The notes under the pieces are model-generated. The model worked only from the letters and a program-made list of their open reading frames with translations, was not told the origin of the DNA and did no database searches. This document shows, piece by piece, positions 27,983-38,637 of a stretch of DNA of 64,000 nucleotides. Source of the DNA: an uncultured virus (IMG/VR IMGVR_UViG_3300031993_000020) (Duplodnaviria > Heunggongvirae > Uroviricota > Caudoviricetes); IMG/VR virus record IMGVR_UViG_3300031993_000020. One strand, given 5' to 3'. Positions within the stretch are counted from its first letter, which is position 1. Each line of letters starts with the position of its first letter. Position numbers and translations under genes: made by a program.

Positions 27983-29266
27983 TTACTCCACAATATCAAA
28001 CCAGTTGTAGTTTCGAGAATTGACGTTGACCTGATGAATTTCATCATTAACAGCGTTTACTTCATAGGTAATATAGAAATTAATCTCAGGCGTTCCGTAA
28101 TAGAACAAAAGCTCCTGTACGAGGTATTTAAATCTCGTTTGGAAGAGCTCATTATCCTTGAAAATCTCTCCGGTGGTGGAGACGGATATTTTGTAATACG
28201 GAGTAGCAGAAGCTGCTCCTGAATCTCCAGAACGAGGTGGTACATAATAAGTACCACCACTGTAAGCATTCAGCAATTGCAAACAAGGATTACATTTGAA
28301 AGCGTAAAGAGTATTAGAGATAAATGCTATTTGAGACTTTAAAGCAGTTGCGTCTCCGGTGATCTTAAAGAAATTCTTACCTAGGTCACTATTACGATAA
28401 CGAGAAAATGTCATACTCTGCGAAGTATCGTGATATTTAAATGACACCAAAGTAAACGCAGGAGAATGATCCATATTCGTTTGCAAAATCCAATGACCAC
28501 TTGAATCTTGCCGGAGCTGCCAATACTGAGTAAGAGAATCTAACTGCACTGGAGAGCTAGCACTAGCATTAAAAACATGAGTTATTTGCCGCTGAGTATT
28601 GTATTCATCTATGTAGATGAATTCAAATTGGTCATTATTCTGTATAACACTGTCTATGTAGGGACTCTCTCCAAACTTAACATATTTGTTTGGTAGATCA
28701 CCAATTAAATCAGCAAGAGAAATATCTGCAAAATCTATCCACGGTGAAATATACCAAGTATATGGAGTGGAATAAGGTGATATATGGGGGTTATAAAGCA
28801 GGTGGTTATAAGAATCTTCGCCGATCCCTGCTAATTTTAGATTCCAGTTGTCACTGCCATAATCAAAAACACTTGTCCAGTATGTATACTCTGTCTCATT
28901 AACCTTATTCAACAGCATATAAGCGCCGTAGTTATATGTTTCGGCTTTTATTTCAATCTTTAACCCATTAACGAAGAATTCAAGATTCTTGATGGCATTT
29001 TCAAAACCGGCCTGAGAGTACAACGATTTATAGATAAAGAGTCTTTCATTATCATCGTACTCTTGGAAGAGATTCTGGAAGAAATCATCTACTGGTTTTA
29101 ATTCTTCGTATTTAATCTTCTGACGGAAATTGCTTTCAATCCAATCTGGAGTGAAGTTCTGAATACCCTTTTTGAGTAATGCTATGTACTCAGAATTCTG
29201 AGCAAGACGGTCTTCTATAAAGTCTGCATACACGGGAAACCTCCAGAAAAATGAACGATAAATCAA
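27983..29266 (-). CDS. Putative baseplate wedge subunit
   Basis: Directly follows the gp6/J-like gene; call is from synteny. Confidence 0.45.
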   Translation of the reverse strand: MIYRSFFWRFPVYADFIEDRLAQNSEYIALLKKGIQNFTPDWIESNFRQKIKYEELKPVDDFFQNLFQEYDDNERLFIYKSLYSQAGFENAIKNLEFFVNGLKIEIKAETYNYGAYMLLNKVNETEYTYWTSVFDYGSDNWNLKLAGIGEDSYNHLLYNPHISPYSTPYTWYISPWIDFADISLADLIGDLPNKYVKFGESPYIDSVIQNNDQFEFIYIDEYNTQRQITHVFNASASSPVQLDSLTQYWQLRQDSSGHWILQTNMDHSPAFTLVSFKYHDTSQSMTFSRYRNSDLGKNFFKITGDATALKSQIAFISNTLYAFKCNPCLQLLNAYSGGTYYVPPRSGDSGAASATPYYKISVSTTGEIFKDNELFQTRFKYLVQELLFYYGTPEINFYITYEVNAVNDEIHQVNVNSRNYNWFDIVE

Positions 29267-30702
29267 GAACGATCAGAAATATAATTAATAATTGGTGTAT
29301 AAGTGATGCACTGATTCTTTTGAAGAATTACCGGCGCGGGAGTCACTTTGTCTCCCTCATTATTGGGGTCATAAATCTCCACGAGAGAAACTTTTCCCAA
29401 AAGACTAGGATTGGCCATAATATCAGCAATCATCTGATACGGATTCCAAGTCTGTCCTACTACGTATCTAGGAGCATTAACGATCTCCGAACAGAGAGTC
29501 AGATCTAACAGATCCGTATAATGAATATCAATATTTAACTGCGAAGCCGAAGAAGAAGATGTACCGTCAAGTTTGTAATCTTTCGGGGTAGCTTCTGTAA
29601 GGTATACAGTTTGATTGATATTATAAGATTTTAATGCGTTCTGTAAACTTTCTTGGTATGTCTCAGGCAGTGCCCCGTCGCTAGTATAGTAAACATTAAT
29701 AGTTTGGCCGTCTATATCCGTATAAAAGCCCTTGATAAGAGGACAGGTTACAGTTATGATTTCGTCAATTGAGTTGATTGACTTCATTGTGCTCTGGAAC
29801 TTCTGACCAACAGCAGCTAATAGATAAATTCTATCTGGATCTTCTTCTTTGGGCTCTTGAGAGCTTTTAACTGTAATTGTTGTCGTTCTACCATTAGCAT
29901 TCATTGAGAATCCGGGGATTGAACGAATAGCGTTCGGTAATTCTAATTCCTTCTTCGTTAAATCAGGACTCTTTAGGAATTTAATGATATAAACATAATT
30001 CTCCTGGAATTTATCAGCCTTCCAAAGTCTTACGCCGTAATTAGGCAGAGTCATTGCACAGATCTCTGCTTTCATACCGTTACCGACATTTTCCGTGTCT
30101 GTACTTTTGTCTTCTTCGTAGAGATCTGTTAATTTACCGGAAATCTTAAATACATGATAGACATCATCAGATTCGTCAATAGTACCGCCGTCATCCAGAG
30201 ATGTGACAGTAATATTTTCCGAAATATTCTGAATCAAATTACCGTCGCCGTCTTCAAGGTCAATATAGTATTTACCATTACCTTGAATTGTTAATGTCTG
30301 AGCTGGTTCTACGGTCAGATAAGCCTGAATAGAGACTACTTGATCTGTATTCATAAAGGCATAATCTTCAGCGTATACTAATTTATACTGACCATAAGAG
30401 GCAATCGTGTCGAATTTCTTAGCAACAGTAGGAGCGAGACAACCGAGATTATCGATAGTAATCAGTCTGTTGCTTCCTCTGTTGATAGAACAAAAATTAT
30501 CTGCTGCGTGTTGGATTTTGCTCGTCAGAAGCTTAGAACGCAGGAATGAATCTTCCAGAAGAATAGAGACATCTTCCAATTGGTGCAGATATAGATAATC
30601 GGCTAAAATATTAGAACAGAGGTCTGCTAATTCACCCTGAACATCCATTGCCTGATATGAGGCTTGCAATTTATTATAAAGGTCCGTCCGTGTGTAAGCC
30701 AT
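29263..30702 (-). CDS. Baseplate wedge protein (T4 gp6 / P2 J-like)
   Basis: N-term GELADLCSNILADYLY...EDSFLRSKLLTSKIQHA fits the gp6/J helical pattern; follows a gp25-like gene. Confidence 0.6.
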   Translation of the reverse strand: MAYTRTDLYNKLQASYQAMDVQGELADLCSNILADYLYLHQLEDVSILLEDSFLRSKLLTSKIQHAADNFCSINRGSNRLITIDNLGCLAPTVAKKFDTIASYGQYKLVYAEDYAFMNTDQVVSIQAYLTVEPAQTLTIQGNGKYYIDLEDGDGNLIQNISENITVTSLDDGGTIDESDDVYHVFKISGKLTDLYEEDKSTDTENVGNGMKAEICAMTLPNYGVRLWKADKFQENYVYIIKFLKSPDLTKKELELPNAIRSIPGFSMNANGRTTTITVKSSQEPKEEDPDRIYLLAAVGQKFQSTMKSINSIDEIITVTCPLIKGFYTDIDGQTINVYYTSDGALPETYQESLQNALKSYNINQTVYLTEATPKDYKLDGTSSSSASQLNIDIHYTDLLDLTLCSEIVNAPRYVVGQTWNPYQMIADIMANPSLLGKVSLVEIYDPNNEGDKVTPAPVILQKNQCITYTPIINYISDRS

Positions 30703-30703
30703 A

Positions 30704-30997
30704 TCAATCCTCTTTTGCGTAAACGATTAGTTGTTCATCAACTCCCGTAAAGGAAGCTGTTATCGTCTGGTTGGAATTCTTTTCAACTTTCTGCAGAACG
30801 ATAGCATGAGAGCTATCCCTCAGAGAATCCTCTATAGCCGTCTGTACGGACATAACGGAAGATTCGTCCAAATCCTTATACCCGAACTCATTATTGCAAA
30901 ATACGGCACCAGAGGGCGTATAAAGATATAGTTTGACATAATCAAGGAGTGCTTCTCCCTGATAATTGGTTTTGGAACCATCTAATTTAAGGTACAT
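30704..30997 (-). CDS. Baseplate wedge gp25-like protein
   Basis: LYLYTPSGAVFCNNEFG matches the gp25 TxxG....xFG motif; 97 aa. Confidence 0.6.
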   Translation of the reverse strand: MYLKLDGSKTNYQGEALLDYVKLYLYTPSGAVFCNNEFGYKDLDESSVMSVQTAIEDSLRDSSHAIVLQKVEKNSNQTITASFTGVDEQLIVYAKED

Positions 30998-31047
30998 CCC
31001 CTGTGCCCTCCTACTACATTAATACACGAAACTAACAACTATCCTAG

Positions 31048-31091
31048 AAAAAGAAAAACCGGAGGCACGATTTTTACGTCGCTCCTCCGGT
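31048..31091 (-). terminator. Intrinsic terminator
   Basis: ACCGGAGG / CCTCCGGT stem followed on the minus strand by TTTTCTTTTT, downstream of 31117. Confidence 0.6.
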
Positions 31092-31116
31092 CATATTTTT
31101 TGTGTTTTAAGGTTGT

Positions 31117-32121
31117 TCACTTTGGCAACGTATTTCGATCATATTGCAGATACTGAGCTATGTCTGCCGGACGTTCTTTGTCTTGTGGTAAGCAGAAAAG
31201 AAGCTGTTTTGGAAAACTACTAACATCTTTCTGGAATCCTTCAACAGGACAGCCTTTCCAAGCCTTATATGTCAGCTCCTTAATCATCTGTTCTCCGTTT
31301 CCCCATGTCTTGATTCGTCCTATACCATATTGGTATGGTACGACAAAGCAACCATTGGTGTGGCACTTGACTGCTCTGGAATTATTAATCCCGAGTCTGT
31401 TATACGCACAAGAGAGAACATCAGCTACGTCCAGGCAATTTTTATAGAGGTCAGTCTGAATATTCCAATTAAGTCTTCTCATCCAGTGTGACAAGTGCAC
31501 CCCCGCTATGAGCATGTTAAGATCCCAATTTTTTGCATAATCGGGAATTCTTAGGGCACTTTTTTCATCAGACAGCAAACATTTAAGCTGAGCATTTACG
31601 AATTTGCTGTTATGAATGGGGCTTTCACAAATACGGATAATTTTCTTCAAATCTTCCGGTTGAAGCCTCACATCTTCCCAGTTGGCACCAAGGCCGCCTT
31701 TTCGGATTGGTGTAAAGCAAATATCGAGACTCTCTAACTCACTTTTAGCAGAGGGGTCATCTGTAAACCAAAATTCCAGAACCTTTGGTAAATCGCCCAT
31801 CGCACTAAATCCGATACCCAGCGTAAACCCCTGATCGTCATATGTATTGATTGACGACCAGTTTCCTTCAGCACAGATGAGACTACCGAGCATACATTTC
31901 TGTTCCAAGGAAAGCCCAGAATGTTCAGGAATGAACGTTTTGGTTCTACCGTAGTAAATGTACCCACCACGATATTTTTGTAAATTACTAGGGCCTGCAA
32001 CGCTTTGATTGAAGCGTTTTCTGAGCTTCTCTAATAGGGCTTGAGCTTGTTCTTCTAGAGCTTGTTTTTTAGTGTTACTAAAGTAGAACTGGGCAATTCT
32101 GGCAAAATTCGAGAGTTGCAT
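31117..32121 (-). CDS. NF-tagged lysozyme-like (peptidoglycan hydrolase) candidate
   Basis: MQLSNFARIAQFYFS. AEGNWSSINTYDDQGFTLGI resembles the EG....NxYD...sxG motif of lysozyme-fold enzymes. Confidence 0.5.
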   Translation of the reverse strand: MQLSNFARIAQFYFSNTKKQALEEQAQALLEKLRKRFNQSVAGPSNLQKYRGGYIYYGRTKTFIPEHSGLSLEQKCMLGSLICAEGNWSSINTYDDQGFTLGIGFSAMGDLPKVLEFWFTDDPSAKSELESLDICFTPIRKGGLGANWEDVRLQPEDLKKIIRICESPIHNSKFVNAQLKCLLSDEKSALRIPDYAKNWDLNMLIAGVHLSHWMRRLNWNIQTDLYKNCLDVADVLSCAYNRLGINNSRAVKCHTNGCFVVPYQYGIGRIKTWGNGEQMIKELTYKAWKGCPVEGFQKDVSSFPKQLLFCLPQDKERPADIAQYLQYDRNTLPK

Positions 32122-32132
32122 AGAAAGACCTC

Positions 32133-32690
32133 TTAGGAGTTAAGCGGTGGATTTTCTGCAAGTATTAAAATGTTGTGTAAGGCGCTTGAGGCTTCACTTG
32201 CTGAGGTACAAGTCTTGCAATACCTTTTCAGTAGAGGATAAAGCTTTTCACCTTTTTTAGTGGTTGGCTCAAAATCAATCTTAATCACAGAATTATCAGT
32301 AACTGTATTGTTCTTTGTCTTCGGATTCTTTGAATCTATCTCGTCTAACTGACGGAACATATTAATATTCCAACGCGGGCTTTTTTGCTTAACAGGCTTT
32401 TGGTATTCAAAAGAGGCTTTGCCGAGACCTGGAAAAGAAATTGTTTGACAAATTATATTGTTATTTTCTTTAGGCTCATTAACAATACACTTATTATCGT
32501 TTATTAAGTCATTAATTTTTGATAAGCAGAAGTAAACCTGTTCGTTTGACGTATCTGTTTCCTCGTTTTTAAGACAGCGAGAGAGTTCCATCGCGTATTC
32601 AATAACAGTACACTCTTCTTCTGACTTCTGAAAATACTTCCGAGCAAAATTAACTACAGTTCGATTCAACATATTAAATTCCTCAAACAT
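32133..32690 (-). CDS. NF-tagged hypothetical protein
   Basis: VVNFARKYFQ near the N-terminus. Confidence 0.6.
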   Translation of the reverse strand: MFEEFNMLNRTVVNFARKYFQKSEEECTVIEYAMELSRCLKNEETDTSNEQVYFCLSKINDLINDNKCIVNEPKENNNIICQTISFPGLGKASFEYQKPVKQKSPRWNINMFRQLDEIDSKNPKTKNNTVTDNSVIKIDFEPTTKKGEKLYPLLKRYCKTCTSASEASSALHNILILAENPPLNS

Positions 32691-33456
32691 TTACGGAGAT
32701 CGCTGCATGGCCAGCGACGTTAAATGTGTTTAATCCCAGCCAAGCTACTGATCCCGTGGATTCTCCATGAGTAGCAGCCATAGCAGGTGTACATGTAACA
32801 GTTTGCACTGCCGTTTGAATAGCAGTTCCCATAATATTACTACAAATATCAAAATCGTTGCCGTTTCCAAAAGGCGGCATGACTAAAGTACATGTTATAA
32901 TCTGTAACGTACCTGCTACTACTACAGAATTGTTTAATGATAACTGCGCTGTCATCATCATCTGATTAAAATAAGTAGCAAAATTAAACTGAGAACGATT
33001 TACAGGTAAACTAAATGAAATACTCTGAATCGTTCCCTTTGCGTTTATTATCTCTGTAGCTCCATTTGGTAACACGCCAGTATATAGATACTGTGTCTCG
33101 AATTGATCCTGAATCAATTTCTTTAGCACTGTAAACTGAGCGTCAGTCACAAGATGATATTTTAAATCATCAGGACAGAGATAAGCGTATGTGTTGTCGT
33201 ACTCTAATTCAGTTAATCTGTAATCTGAATCCTTGAGACTCTCTTCACCGGGATAACCGGGAATACGGCTATTCGAGAGCATAAATACGCGTTCTTTATT
33301 GAATTGTACCGCCGTATCTTTCCACCAAGCTCCTACTGTAGACGGTGAGGAACCACCAACACTAAAAGGCGCTGAACGATTATGTACTGCCTTCGCCGAG
33401 TTATAATCAGCTGCTGATACTTTTATTGTACCGCGAGGTTCTGGATTAAGAGCCAT
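32683..33456 (-). CDS. Hypothetical baseplate-region protein
   Basis: 257-aa ORF after the spike gene, GAGG RBS. Confidence 0.6.
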   Translation of the reverse strand: MALNPEPRGTIKVSAADYNSAKAVHNRSAPFSVGGSSPSTVGAWWKDTAVQFNKERVFMLSNSRIPGYPGEESLKDSDYRLTELEYDNTYAYLCPDDLKYHLVTDAQFTVLKKLIQDQFETQYLYTGVLPNGATEIINAKGTIQSISFSLPVNRSQFNFATYFNQMMMTAQLSLNNSVVVAGTLQIITCTLVMPPFGNGNDFDICSNIMGTAIQTAVQTVTCTPAMAATHGESTGSVAWLGLNTFNVAGHAAISVNV

Positions 33457-33468
33457 TGAAAACCTCGT

Positions 33469-34158
33469 TCATTGAAAAAGAATAAAATTACCGCAATGAG
33501 GAGCGCCAGTGTAAGGACAATTTGGAAGGATAGAAAAGCCTGATGTCTGTATGATCGCTCCATCAAGAGTCAACTGTGAACCAGCTTTACCTTTAATGAC
33601 GATATTACCCATATCACACTGAACAGTTATCTCTGAACCACCTGCTTTAATAGTAACGATTCCCTGCGTGTTGTCAGCTATGGTTTTGGTATCGTCCTGT
33701 TCTTCCGTCAAAGTCCTATCGAAGATTATCTCGCAATTTGGTAATTTGAATCGAGCATAATTCTTTTCCGTAAGATTTATCTCGTTAGGACCATTGGTCT
33801 CATCATTTTCGTAGTTTCTAATACCAGTAAAACGCTTTTCTCCATCATCCTGATAGATCGGCAAATAGAGAAAGGTATGGGCCGCCATATTACTATCGCA
33901 AATATCATAGATAAATACGATGTCGTTTGCTTTTGGCGGTCTCGTACAATTTCCAAGAGGAATAGCTACAGGCCATTCATCCTGAAAATCTGGTAAGCCT
34001 ATGATATTAAATTTAATCTTGTAATTACGAGGGTCATCATCAGATTCATCGAAACATTCAACTACTTTACCTAAAAAGTGCTGTTGCTTTTGAGGTACTT
34101 CTTTAATAAAGTCATTAACTTGCGTTGTCGTTAAGAAATTGTTGCTGCTCGATAGCAT
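33469..34158 (-). CDS. Baseplate central spike (gp5/gpV-like OB fold)
   Basis: FLGKVV...DPRNYKIKFNIIGL...WPVAIP...PKANDIVFI OB-fold pattern, beta-repeat region, C-terminal CPYTGAPH metal-binding tip. Confidence 0.7.
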   Translation of the reverse strand: MLSSSNNFLTTTQVNDFIKEVPQKQQHFLGKVVECFDESDDDPRNYKIKFNIIGLPDFQDEWPVAIPLGNCTRPPKANDIVFIYDICDSNMAAHTFLYLPIYQDDGEKRFTGIRNYENDETNGPNEINLTEKNYARFKLPNCEIIFDRTLTEEQDDTKTIADNTQGIVTIKAGGSEITVQCDMGNIVIKGKAGSQLTLDGAIIQTSGFSILPNCPYTGAPHCGNFILFQ

Positions 34159-35062
34159 CTGTCACTCCGTAATACTGCATTTGACAGTCTACATTCTGTC
34201 GAGTATACCGATACATAATAGATGTCAATACCCACCTGGTTATATCAGGGAATAGGTCAGTTCTACTATTCTTATACTCTGTACCGATAACCTCGTCTGT
34301 TTCTGCGTCTAAATGCTTATTTAGCATTAGCTTAGGTCCGGTGGTAAATGACTTCTTATTGTACGCCATCGTATGATGTAGATCATGATCATCTACAAGA
34401 TGATAGTCCAGTAGAGATTTGTTTTGTGAATATGATAGCCACGGGGAATCATCATTATTCTCCGGCTGAACAGGTAGAGTGTCTACATTCGTAGAAATAA
34501 TCAGATTATCACTGGAGGCAAAAACATTAAGGTCAGATTCCTCTGATTTGGGCTCCAAATTGATCTGATATCTGCCAATATACCAATATGGTGTTTTAGC
34601 GCACATCTGGCAGATACCAAGTGCCTGCTGCAGATTAGTCGTATTTACCTGAAATATTTTTCCGGGAACATCATCATTAAAATTGATATTCTCTCGGATA
34701 TTGATATTCTGAAGGGCTTCTTTAGCTGAAGCCCCCAGATATTTAGTTTGTGGCACGCGTATATCAAGATAGCGAACCATCCAACCTCTAATCAGAAGGA
34801 TATTATCTTTAGGAATCATATTGATGACGCCTAAATTAACATCGTAATTTAAACTCTCTGATTGAAAGGTTAATTTGAAATCTTTATAAGAAAGCAGATC
34901 CAGATAATTATTACCTGTCAGATAAAGCTCAAAGTAAGGCACATAATTTATAATTTCGTGAACATACATCTCAGAAAAGATGTATTTGTCGAATACATCG
35001 TATGTATTACCCTGACTATCTGTCATAGTTAGGCCGAGCTGATAATTATCTACAGAAATCAC
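34115..35062 (-). CDS. Putative baseplate hub (gp27/gpD-like)
   Basis: 315 aa, directly upstream of the spike; call is from synteny. Confidence 0.45.
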   Translation of the reverse strand: MISVDNYQLGLTMTDSQGNTYDVFDKYIFSEMYVHEIINYVPYFELYLTGNNYLDLLSYKDFKLTFQSESLNYDVNLGVINMIPKDNILLIRGWMVRYLDIRVPQTKYLGASAKEALQNINIRENINFNDDVPGKIFQVNTTNLQQALGICQMCAKTPYWYIGRYQINLEPKSEESDLNVFASSDNLIISTNVDTLPVQPENNDDSPWLSYSQNKSLLDYHLVDDHDLHHTMAYNKKSFTTGPKLMLNKHLDAETDEVIGTEYKNSRTDLFPDITRWVLTSIMYRYTRQNVDCQMQYYGVTDAIEQQQFLNDNAS

Positions 35063-35079
35063 GATCTACTCCGCTTAAT

Positions 35080-35352
35080 TCACCGAGGTGCCGCATATTG
35101 AGATGTCGTAACGGTAATAGCAGTGTCTCCAGTAAAGAGGACTTCCTGCAAATACATTGTCCGTTCATCTCCGGTAATTCTATTAAATAGCACAGCGGCA
35201 TCTAAATTATTGTTTGATAGTGTAAGGTCGATGCGTCTATCTTTGATTGTATTTACTGCCTGTAAAGGCAATTTATCCAAAGCACGCATTAAAGGAGAAC
35301 CGAAAGGATCATCACTAATTTTCTCGATCTGGGCAAATTTAGCCATCATCAA
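35080..35352 (-). CDS. Small baseplate protein (gp53/gpX-like position)
   Basis: 90 aa, RIDL motif; call is from synteny. Confidence 0.35.
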   Translation of the reverse strand: MMMAKFAQIEKISDDPFGSPLMRALDKLPLQAVNTIKDRRIDLTLSNNNLDAAVLFNRITGDERTMYLQEVLFTGDTAITVTTSQYAAPR

Positions 35353-36845
35353 CCTCCGGTATTTGTTTTAACACATCCGTCTGCAAAACAGAAGAGCTGT
35401 TGCGTAGCAGTGAATCCATCGTAGGGCTCGACGTTACAGAGCTCCACATCAATATTAATCCATTGAGGAAACAGCCAGCCTTCGCGGTACTGAGCTAATT
35501 GGTCACTGCTGTCTCCTGCTGTTGTGGCAGAAGTATTTGTTGCTGTATTATTCTTGGAACCATACAGAGTAACCTTACGACAGAGATTACTCTTTTTCCA
35601 AGCGTCAATGAATTTCTGCGCGGGATCCTGCTGAGTAGAAGCCTTATAGTTAACAAAGCTCAACGTAGAATCTGCGTTGCCGTCAGAATTTGATTTAGCT
35701 CTGTCTTTAGATGTGTCTGATCCTAGATCTTGAAACGGGTCGCTTTCTAGTAAGAGCATATCAGAAGAAGCTGTAATAGTCACTTGTTTAGGTACAAGAT
35801 TTCTATAAATAGAATACCCTTGTCTTAGCTGTAGCTCTCCACGATATTTAAATAAATCAAAATTTACGGGCTTTCCTTCCTCTTTTGACGTATTTGTCTT
35901 GAAACCACCAGATGCAACAGTGTTTTTGTCAACAGGCTTAATAGCAAAAGAGTTCGGAGCTGTATAGTACATAGCAGCTTTAGACCAAGTATCCTGATCT
36001 GATTGATAGTAAAAATTTGGGGCCACAATCGCAAGATATGAAGCTAACTTTTTTATACACTCTGCTGCAGTCTGAACGGAGCTATCTTTGCAAACAATGG
36101 ATTTCTCTATTGCCAAATTTTCTGCAGATCTCCCTCCGTAATTCACAGTAATACTATTTAAAGTAGCTACAAGGTTATCAGGATTGAGAAGAAAACCATA
36201 AGATAAGTCATTATCTAAAGGACTATCTGCATTTTGTTTAGCATTGTCTGGTACAGTATTTGTTGTTGACGATTTTTCAATAGGATTCCTCTTTAAAAAA
36301 CCATCTAAAAAATTATCCACTGCTGATTTTATTTGATTTGCCTTTTTCTTTACTCCACCTACCGTTCGCTGAAATTTTGCGAATTCATCGTCGAATCCCA
36401 TTGTGCCGAAAAATATGCGCAAAGTACTCATAGTAGGAGAATTGTCGGTCAGGTCTATCTCGTGACCGCCTTTTGCAAGGTCTTCGATATAATTCTGGAA
36501 CAACTGAATACGTCGATTTCTCCATCCTACCTGCGCGTCTGTTCTTGAACCGTGGGTAGAGTCTGAGTATTTTTGTAAACCGAACTGTCCGATATCACTA
36601 CTCCAATTGAGTCCCATCTGTGCAGTTCTTTCAATTGAATTACCAGACCAAGGAGCGGAGAATAACTCTTTGTAATCCTGTGTACCGTAATCAGTACTGC
36701 AATTGTAATACAGGGTTTGTGTATACGGGATTAATTCGGGAGGAATAGACGTCTTAGAATTGCCCGTTGATGAACTAAATTCATATAGATCACAAAAGAA
36801 TGGCATGAATTCCTCCAACTGATCATGATAATTCTGTAATTCCAC
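35349..36845 (-). CDS. Hypothetical tail/baseplate protein
   Basis: 498-aa ORF within the tail module. Confidence 0.6.
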   Translation of the reverse strand: MELQNYHDQLEEFMPFFCDLYEFSSSTGNSKTSIPPELIPYTQTLYYNCSTDYGTQDYKELFSAPWSGNSIERTAQMGLNWSSDIGQFGLQKYSDSTHGSRTDAQVGWRNRRIQLFQNYIEDLAKGGHEIDLTDNSPTMSTLRIFFGTMGFDDEFAKFQRTVGGVKKKANQIKSAVDNFLDGFLKRNPIEKSSTTNTVPDNAKQNADSPLDNDLSYGFLLNPDNLVATLNSITVNYGGRSAENLAIEKSIVCKDSSVQTAAECIKKLASYLAIVAPNFYYQSDQDTWSKAAMYYTAPNSFAIKPVDKNTVASGGFKTNTSKEEGKPVNFDLFKYRGELQLRQGYSIYRNLVPKQVTITASSDMLLLESDPFQDLGSDTSKDRAKSNSDGNADSTLSFVNYKASTQQDPAQKFIDAWKKSNLCRKVTLYGSKNNTATNTSATTAGDSSDQLAQYREGWLFPQWINIDVELCNVEPYDGFTATQQLFCFADGCVKTNTGG

Positions 36846-37737
36846 TAAATCCCGGATAACTTAGAAACCTTGTATGGGGTTCTTCGACTGTAACATGAGT
36901 TCTAATAAGACTAGAAGACTGTGTATTAACCGGCGCAGACGGTGGTTCTGGTATAGAAGAAAAATCCGGTAAAGATGGATACGAAGAAGGTTCTGTTGAA
37001 CCTTCTTTATAAGCTGAACCACCAGCATTTTGAGGTATTTCCTCGACCAATTTACTGTTTACAGTGTCTAATTTGCTTGTTTCTGTCGTCTCTATTGTAA
37101 CATTTTCCGCTGTAGGAGTCTCCTGAACAATATTCTGTTCGATATTCTCTACAGTTGTCTCTGTAATGTTATTTTTAGTAACAGAAACGCCGTTATTATT
37201 GACTGTTTTATTGAAAATCTTCGTTAGAGTCTCTTGAACTACCTCAGGAGCGACTCTCGTGAACTCATTTAACACGTCTTCATGGTAATTTTTGAAGATT
37301 CTGTTGTCTTGAATCACATTTTCTATCGTTTTCTGAATAACATTCTGGTAATTCTCTACAGATTTATCAATATTAACGATATTATTCAGCACTTTTTCAA
37401 TTTTATTACTGATGTACTGTTGAATATCTGGCTCTTTTACTAAAAAATACTGCTCCACGACCTCTTGAATGTAATTTTGCAGCTGTTCCTGCTTCTTTTG
37501 GTCTTGAATTTGCAGTTCCTGTACGAATTTCTGGGCAAAGTCATCAATATTTTGTATCTGACTGACTTTTATAATGCTCTGTTCGATGTTTTCTGGTTCT
37601 GAACTCTCTAATTCAACAGTAACGGACTCTTCTTCAGCCGGTTCTTCACTACTAAAGAGCCTTGCTGCTCTAGTTTTGAGACTTTCCAGAGCAGTTTCTA
37701 TAGGACTTTTGAGAATTAATGCGTTTTCTTCTTCCAT
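36823..37737 (-). CDS. Acidic E/Q/N-rich protein at the tape-measure position
   Basis: 304 aa, low complexity, follows the chaperone-like genes. Confidence 0.55.
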   Translation of the reverse strand: MEEENALILKSPIETALESLKTRAARLFSSEEPAEEESVTVELESSEPENIEQSIIKVSQIQNIDDFAQKFVQELQIQDQKKQEQLQNYIQEVVEQYFLVKEPDIQQYISNKIEKVLNNIVNIDKSVENYQNVIQKTIENVIQDNRIFKNYHEDVLNEFTRVAPEVVQETLTKIFNKTVNNNGVSVTKNNITETTVENIEQNIVQETPTAENVTIETTETSKLDTVNSKLVEEIPQNAGGSAYKEGSTEPSSYPSLPDFSSIPEPPSAPVNTQSSSLIRTHVTVEEPHTRFLSYPGFSGITELS

Positions 37738-37738
37738 A

Positions 37739-37864
37739 TTAGTCTTGCCCCTTCATCTTTTTGTTAATCTCGTCTATACATTGTATATACAGAGCAATTT
37801 CCTCTAGAGTTAAGTGGAAGATATTAATCCTCGTTATCCTTTCTAAGATCAAAGGCAGCTTCAT
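37739..37864 (-). CDS. 41-aa baseplate/tail assembly chaperone-like ORF (gp51-like; not in the ORF track)
   Basis: MKLPLILERITRINIFHLTLEEIALYIQCIDEINKKMKGQD*; fills the gap and overlaps the end of the gp26-like gene. Confidence 0.45.
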   Translation of the reverse strand: MKLPLILERITRINIFHLTLEEIALYIQCIDEINKKMKGQD

Positions 37865-38612
37865 CAAGGTTTTCCGACTCGAGAATATTTTGAAAGATGT
37901 CCGTGACAGGAGAAATACTATTTAATCTCACAGCCACGGGCTCACTTTCATTGTTACATGTTACCATAAAGCCATTGAAGGCCCCGGTAATCATTTCGTA
38001 TAAAGAATTTAACACCACAATATCTTTACTCGTAGCAGTCTTTAACGCTCCCAGTATCTCTAACTGATGTTTAGGATTGTATGCATCTTTAAACATCGAG
38101 AGCAGATAAAAATACTTGAGAGCGTTATTGACTGGAGCTTTAAGCCTAAAGGTCTCTGTAATCTCAATAAAATCTTTAACTGTAGGCATGACGAAATCAT
38201 ACGCTTTGCCGTGAATTGTGACAGCTTTGATTTTCTTAAGCAGAGGATTCATGTCATTAAACCGAAAATTCTTCAGTCTAACTTCGAGTGTTTCTTTCTT
38301 GTGGTGGACAGGACACTCATATTTGATCTTAATAAAATCAGTTAATGTTTCTGCGGTAGAATTATAGATTCGCACTGCTATAATCGGAATAGCGTCATAC
38401 AGCAGGATATTCTCTCCGTTAGGAATAGTAAGAACGATGTCTTTTAGTAGAGTAATGAACTCAGACGTTTCATTCTTGCAACGTTCCATATCCGCCTGAT
38501 AGTCCAGTATTTCAGAGAAAACCATACGCGGAATATTTACGGCTTTGAATTTGTAATTATAGCCCTTACTAGGAAGGGTCTCTACCGGTAAACTGATAAT
38601 ATTGTTGGTCAT
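37824..38612 (-). CDS. Baseplate hub assembly protein (T4 gp26-like)
   Basis: TLPSKGYNY N-terminal motif, IKYECP, FVMPTVKD. Confidence 0.55.
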   Translation of the reverse strand: MTNNIISLPVETLPSKGYNYKFKAVNIPRMVFSEILDYQADMERCKNETSEFITLLKDIVLTIPNGENILLYDAIPIIAVRIYNSTAETLTDFIKIKYECPVHHKKETLEVRLKNFRFNDMNPLLKKIKAVTIHGKAYDFVMPTVKDFIEITETFRLKAPVNNALKYFYLLSMFKDAYNPKHQLEILGALKTATSKDIVVLNSLYEMITGAFNGFMVTCNNESEPVAVRLNSISPVTDIFQNILESENLDEAAFDLRKDNED

Positions 38613-38637
38613 ATTTGTTTATCCTTAATGTTGTTAA